Below are positions 47,166-64,000 of a stretch of DNA of 64,000 bases, in pieces. The translations under genes and the position numbers were made by a program. The stretch is from NCBI RefSeq assembly GCF_001194135.2, contig NC_069004.1, forward strand, positions 8,564,811 through 8,628,810. Direction: 5' to 3'. Numbering within the stretch: the stretch's first letter is position 1; the number at the start of each line of letters is the position of its first letter. The stretch comes from Octopus bimaculoides (Eukaryota). The notes beneath the pieces were generated by a model. The model was not told the origin of the DNA, ran no database searches, and was given only the letters and a program-made list of their open reading frames with translations.

Positions 47166-49542
47166 ATATATATATGTAAGTTACAAAACTGTGCAAAACT
47201 TCCTCTTTAACAAGAGTGCTTGGTCCACCCCTACTCCAGTTGCCACAGCTCTTATTTTTGGCTAAGTGGGCTGGAGTATTGAGAAATGAAGTGTTGTGCT
47301 CAAGGACACACAGCATGCTACCTGGTCCAGAAATTGAGGCCACAGCTTAAAGATTGTTAACCAACTACTAGAGAATTTGCTTTCACGTCAGTCAGATACT
47401 GGAATGAAGGAAATCAACTAAAATCCTCAGCCAAACATGTGGCTCCATGCCAATGCAAGAAATCATTAATAGACCAATGGAAGGGGTAAAAGAAATGACT
47501 GGTATGGTTGAGTGCCAATGTGTGATGAAAGAAAGGCAGACAGAGGCTTTACAATGTTTGTATTTACATCATTCGGAAACATTATGCTTGATGTTCTTTG
47601 AATAATGATTTACGTCATCTACGAATTTAAAAATATAATTCTTGATGGTTTGAATTCCTGTCTTGCCAAAATCAGATTTACCCTTCATGATTCTATGGAT
47701 TGCTAAAGTAGCTGCTACGCCTAAATAGGGGAAGATCAAGACATTCATTGTACTACATGAAATTGGACTTGTGCCTAAGGTGGGAGGGGTAGTGGGGGAA
47801 GGTTATCTTATCATAATGGTTGAAAATAAATATCAGAAAATATGTCCAAGGAAAGAATTCCAGAGAGTACATTTACAAGGGAGTAAGGACCGGGCTCAGC
47901 AGTTTTTACTGAGATGGGAGTTAGCATAGTACAGGGTGGGGGAAAGGGAGGGGTGAGATGTTTTGTACCTCGACCAATGCTTTTAGAAGTTTGGAGTATA
48001 CACTGTGGTGTATTTAGCCATTTCCCTTCCACCATCAACTTTACAATCCATATTTTTCAAATATAATTTCTGTGTATGTATATATATATATATATTTATA
48101 TATTTTTTTTATTTATGCGCCCTTCTAAAGCCTAGCCAGGTTCATGGGCCCGGTTTCTCGGTTTCTATGGCATATGTGTTCCCCCTAGCTGGACGGGACG
48201 CCAGTCCATCGCAGCGTTACTCAAGAAACAGGAAGAAAGAGTGAGAGAAAGTTGGGGCGAAAGAGCACAACAGGGGTCGCCTCCAGCCCCTGCTGGAGCT
48301 TCGTGGAGCTTTGTGTTTCCGCCCAATAAACACTCACAATGCCTTGTCTGGGAATCGAAACTGCGATCCTCCAACTGCNNNNNNNNNNNNNNNNNNNNNN
48401 NNNNNNNNNNNNNNNNNNNNNNNNNNNNNNNNNNNNNNNNNNNNNNNNNNNNNNNNNNNNNNNNNNNNNNNNNNNNNNNNNNNNNNNNNNNNNCACTCAC
48501 AAGTGCTACTGGCACTCTGTAATTATGTAATCTGGTATAACCTGTTGCATGATGGGCTTGCTGGGGAATAAACCGGTTGCTCATTTATGCTTGCCTGGTT
48601 AGAGGCTTGTTTGGAGAATGAAAAACAAAGTCAGCCTTGGAGTAAAAAGAATGCAACTGACACAGATTAAAATGCCATGAAATATTTTCTTTTAACACAC
48701 CAACTTTTTGTAACAATGCACACATGCATGCACACTTGTTGGGTTTCAATATATTGTTCATTCTTCAAATTTCATTCACAAGGCTTTGGTCAACTTGAAG
48801 CCATTGTAGTAGAACACTGTTGCTCAAATGGCTGTGTGTTGGGATGGAACCTAAGTGCATGTAGTTAAAAAATTAATTTCTTAATCACGTGCCTATGCAG
48901 GCATTAGTTCATTATTTCTTTTGCATAGGTCAACTCGGGCAGGTATTGTAAGCTGTTTGCTTCTTAACTGCATAGCTTTGGATTTACTCTCACTGTGTGG
49001 CACATTGGGCAAATATCTTCTACTGTAGCCCCCAAGCTGGCTAAAGTCTTGTGAATGGATTTTGATAGATGGAAACGGAGCCTGTTGTGTGTGTGTGTGT
49101 GTGCTACTGTCTCTGTGCTTTGACTCCATGTGATAGTTGTGAAATGAGTAGCACTATCATGCAACCAGTGTCCTTTATTTCCAGTCTCCCATGAAAATAT
49201 GTCTGGGTCATAGAAAATATTAAATATAGAACTGTAAATATTACCATGTTTGGAATTAGGTCAGGGTTGATCATAGGGAGAGCATCCTGCTGCAGAAAAT
49301 CTGCTTTGACAAATTCCGTCTGACCCATGCAAGTATGGAAAAGTGGATGTTAAAATTAAAATAATGTCTGTGATGATGCGGAGGATAATGAACACAGCTG
49401 ACCAGGAAAACTATGCACAAAGTGCAATATATGTCGACTATCCTTGTTATCTTTCATTTCTTTCTCTACACAGTGTCTGACCCGGTTTTTTAAGCCTCTC
49501 CACCGAAGATTCTTTGAAGAGTTGATGGAGCAGCACTAGAAG

Positions 49543-60257
<10,715 letters not shown>

Positions 60258-60772
60258 GCTCTTTTTACCAAACGATGCCGTCGTGTCCGTCGACTTGAGG
60301 AATGTAGTTCTTTANNNNNNNNNNNNNNNNNNNNNNNNNNNNNNNNNNNNNNNNNNNNNNNNNNNNNNNNNNNNNNNNNNNNNNNNNNNNNNNNNNNNNN
60401 NNNNNNNNNNNNNNNNNNNNNNNNNNNNNNNNNNNNNNNNNNNNNNNNNNNNNNNNNNNNNNNNNNNNNNNNNNNNNNNNNNNNNNNNNNNNNNNNNNNN
60501 NNNNNNNNNNNNNNNNNNNNNNNNNNNNNNNNNNNNNNNNNNNNNNNNNNNNNNNNNNNNNNNNNNNNNNNNNNNNNNNNNNNNNNNNNNNNNNNNNNNN
60601 NNNNNNNNNNNNNNNNNNNNNNNNNNNNNNNNNNNNNNNNNNNNNNNNNNNNNNNNNNNNNNNNNNNNNNNNNNNNNNNNNNNNNNNNNNNNNNNNNNNN
60701 NNNNNNNNNNNNNNNNNNNNNNNNNNNNNNNNNNNNNNNNNNNNNNNNNNNNNNNNNNNNNNNNNNNNNNNN

Positions 60773-60826
<54 letters not shown>

Positions 60827-62619
60827 CTAATAGAATATTGTTGGAAAAAAACAAAAACAAACACTACAATCAGTTTGTTTTACGTTGTTCTACTTTGAAT
60901 AATTACCCCTTTCTGCTCTTCTCTCTCTCTCTCTCTCTCTCTCATACACACATACACACTCACGCATTTCTTTCTTACATAACACATTTCTGGTTTATTC
61001 CCATTTCTCTTTCTCTGACACATACACACAATACACATTTCTCTTCTCTCTCTCTCTCTGTGTTTCCTCTCTTACTGTCTCTCATTACCTTTTCATACCT
61101 TTCTGCCTTTCCTTCTTTCTCTCTTCTTCCCATCTATATCCTCTCTCTCTCTCTCTCTCTCTCTCCTGTTTCTTCTATTTCCTATTTTTAATGTCAATCC
61201 ACCCTTTCAACTTTTCTGTGTCCTCATGATTCAGAGAAACAGTTTTTAGCAACCAGTTATTTCGAGCAGGAGCCATGCCATAGAATTATGTAACAACATG
61301 GTATTATACAAAATTTTTAATCTGGAATTTTACACAATTTATTTTTAAGAATAATTTTCTTCTGCATTGAAAAATATCTCTCATTGATTTATTAATTTTT
61401 ATTGATATATTGTTTTATTTATTGAATATTTTCTATTCCTCTGCCCCAACAGGATTTTCATCCCTTTTTGTCGTGGGTCTGTTGGTTGCAGCAATTACTT
61501 AACAGCCTGGTCCCCTCTTATTGTTAACCCCTGTACCAAATTGGGGAGTGGCCCTTAGTGTTTTCTGTCATCCAGGCAAACTGGAACAAACAAGTCTTTC
61601 TCTTTCTATTTTGCTTAGGGATTACAATGCAATGTTATGGAATTTGAAATTGCCACCATGTGGTAAGTATTCCAGCACCTTAACCTCATAGCCACCGTGT
61701 GTTACCATGTGGTCAGTAGCCCATTCCCTTAACATCACAGCCACTGTGTGACCATGTGGTCAAATACCTTAATCACACAGCTACATGTGGTCAATTAGTC
61801 CATTATCTTATAAACACTTAATCTCACATGCACTGTGCTTTTTCAGTGATTGATATATTCCTTTACTTATTGATTGAGTTTTTTATGATGATTGGTTATT
61901 GATCCATTTATAAAAGAAAAACCCATCAGTGTCCATGTGAGAATCTTAAATAGAATATTGTGAATCTTAACACAGTTGGAGTTGAATCTCTCATCGTCAG
62001 TAATTGACCAAATGTCTTTTAACTGGGACCCATGGCTGTTCCATGTAAAGGTTGAGCTTTTAACATCTTGAGCCAACGAAGGAGCCCCAGTGTTCATTGG
62101 ACTCGTTAAAGATAGATGCCAGGTCTCTCTTAAAATATGTCATTCATCCACAGAAACAATACCAAAGCAGACACCAGTGCACCACACTGCTCTCTGATTC
62201 TTGAAATTCTGTCAGGCCACTCAACCTGTGCCAGCATAGAAGACAAATGTTAAAAGATGATGCTGATATATACATTCGTCAGTGTAGAAGACACGTGGCT
62301 TAGTGGTTAGAGTATCCAGCTCATGATCATAAGCTTGTGAGTTCAATTTCTGGCAGTGCGTTGTGTCTTTTATTTCATGTTGCTCCAGTCGACTCAGCTT
62401 GCAAAAGCAAGTTGTACCTGTATTTCAAAGGGCCAGCCTTATCGCATTCTGTGTCCTGCTGAATTTTCATGAGAACTACAATAAGGGCATGTGTGTCTGT
62501 GGAGTGCTCAGCCACTTGCCTGCTAATTTTACAAGCAGGCTGTTCTGTTGCTTGGGTCAACTGGAACCCTTGTCATAACTGATGGAGTGCCAGGCTTTTG
62601 AAATGTTTTTAGATATATT

Positions 62620-62990
62620 ATTACAACTTATATTGTAATTGCATATTGATGCAACTACAATGCATTTCTTCATGATTAAGTGTGAGTTCACCAGCTGCTT
62701 TGCCACTCTTGTCAAACCAGCTCGTGATATTCCCCATCCATTGCATTCTTTTCCTGCCCCTTGATCTTCTACTCTCTGCTCTTCCTCTCATAATAATGAT
62801 TTCCAAACCTCTGCTTCTTTGAATATATCCTTAATTGATAAGCTATTACTACCACTGTCTATAAGTACTGCCACCAATGCTGTGCAATGCAAAGACTTTC
62901 CACATATGAATACCAGCTGTTTCTTTCCAAAGCCTTGTCTTTGACTATATTCATGTAGTAATCTCTGTCTAGTGTTCTAAACCATCCAGG
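62620..62990 (-). mobile_element. Decayed RTE/BovB-like LINE 3' fragment
   Basis: EIIIMRGRAESRRSRGRKRMQWMGNITSW resembles the RTE C-terminal GKIEGKRRRGRQRMRWLD motif. Confidence 0.6.
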
Positions 62991-63020
62991 TATTGGTTTT
63001 CATCTTCAGTTTGCTGTCTC

Positions 63021-63052
<32 letters not shown>

Positions 63053-63510
63053 NNNNNNNNNNNNNNNNNNNNNNNNNNNNNNNNNNNNNNNNNNNNNNNN
63101 NNNNNNNNNNNNNNNNNNNNNNNNNNNNNNNNNNNNNNNNNNNNNNNNNNNNGCAGCAACAACAACAACAACGACAACAACAACAGCAGCAGCAGCAGCA
63201 ATAATAATTCACTGCTGTAAGGAAATTCAAAAAGTTGAACAATTTCAGAAATGTTCTCATTGTTTCTTACCTACACAATCACCATTTGGTCCTTCTTTTA
63301 ATCCCTTCGGACAACCACATTTGTAGCTGCTGATTGTATTAATACAGCCATATGGACAGTTATGTTGTCCAGACGCACATTCATCAATGTCTGCCAACAG
63401 AAAAGAGGAGGAGGAGGAGAAGAAAACATCATTGAAGTGGTTTTGTTGTTAGTTTTATTGTTTAGGGAATTGTGAAATGTTCTGGGTGGCTTTGGACAGG
63501 AGATGTGGGT

Positions 63511-63903
63511 TGGTTGGTTGGTTGGCAGTCCGTCGCTTACGACGTCGAGGGTTCCAGTTGATCCGATCAATGGAACAGCCTGCTCGTGAAATTAACGTGC
63601 AAGTGGCTGAGCACTCCACAGACACGTGTACCCTTAACGTAGTTCTCGGGGATATTCAGCGTGACACAGAACGTGACAAGGCTGGCCCTTTGAATTACAG
63701 GCACAACAGAAACAGAAAGTAAGAGTGAGAGAAAGTTGTGGTGAAAGAGTACAGTAGGGTTCGCCACCATCTCCTGCCAGAGCCTCGTGGAGCTTTAGGT
63801 GTTTCCGCTCAATAAACACTCACAACGCCCGATCTGGGAATCAAAACCGTGATCCTATGATTGCGAGTCTGCTGCCCTAATCACTGGGCTATTGCACCTC
63901 CAC
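63511..63903 (-). mobile_element. Full-length family A SINE with (AACC)n tail and 12-bp target-site duplication
   Basis: tRNA-like head GTGGAGGTGCAATAGCCCAGTG; GGAGATGTGGGT at 63499-63510 and 63904-63915. Confidence 0.9.
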
Positions 63904-64000
63904 GGAGATGTGGGTATATTGGATGGATTTGGGTAGGAAAGGTGAGTGTATCAGGTGGGAGAGGGTAGATGGACAAAGTGTGTGTATTGGAAAAGAAAAT

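Overview
Eukaryotic, AT-rich, microsatellite- and SINE-dense draft-assembly sequence with many N-gaps. The repeat landscape (tRNA-derived SINEs, (TA)n/(CA)n runs) and the TGEKP-linked C2H2 gene suggest an octopus genome; this is an inference, not verified. Four protein-coding genes can be read from the sequence: the 3' seven exons of SLC37A3 (+, 782-7072); a single-ORF 13-finger C2H2 zinc-finger gene (+, 18252-19505); a complete 5-coding-exon RNA polymerase III subunit RPC7/POLR3G-like gene (-, 31881-26501, 208 aa); and a complete 11-coding-exon mitochondrial CLPX gene (+, 49543-60257, about 676 aa, with one GC-AG intron). Between the divergently oriented POLR3G and CLPX lies a locally duplicated initiator tRNA-Met array (33.4-40.9 kb) with 4 identical intact genes and 6 decayed copies. 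The array also holds a position-locked upstream motif, a tandem pair of CTCF-like sites, a B-box-like hairpin insertion and a tRNA-to-mariner-transposase fusion. Elsewhere there is a 5'-truncated Penelope-like element with a minimal hammerhead-ribozyme motif, Tc1/mariner MITEs, an 88-bp near-perfect palindrome and a miRNA-like hairpin. All exon structures are manual predictions and no database search was run. SINE and LINE boundaries are approximate.
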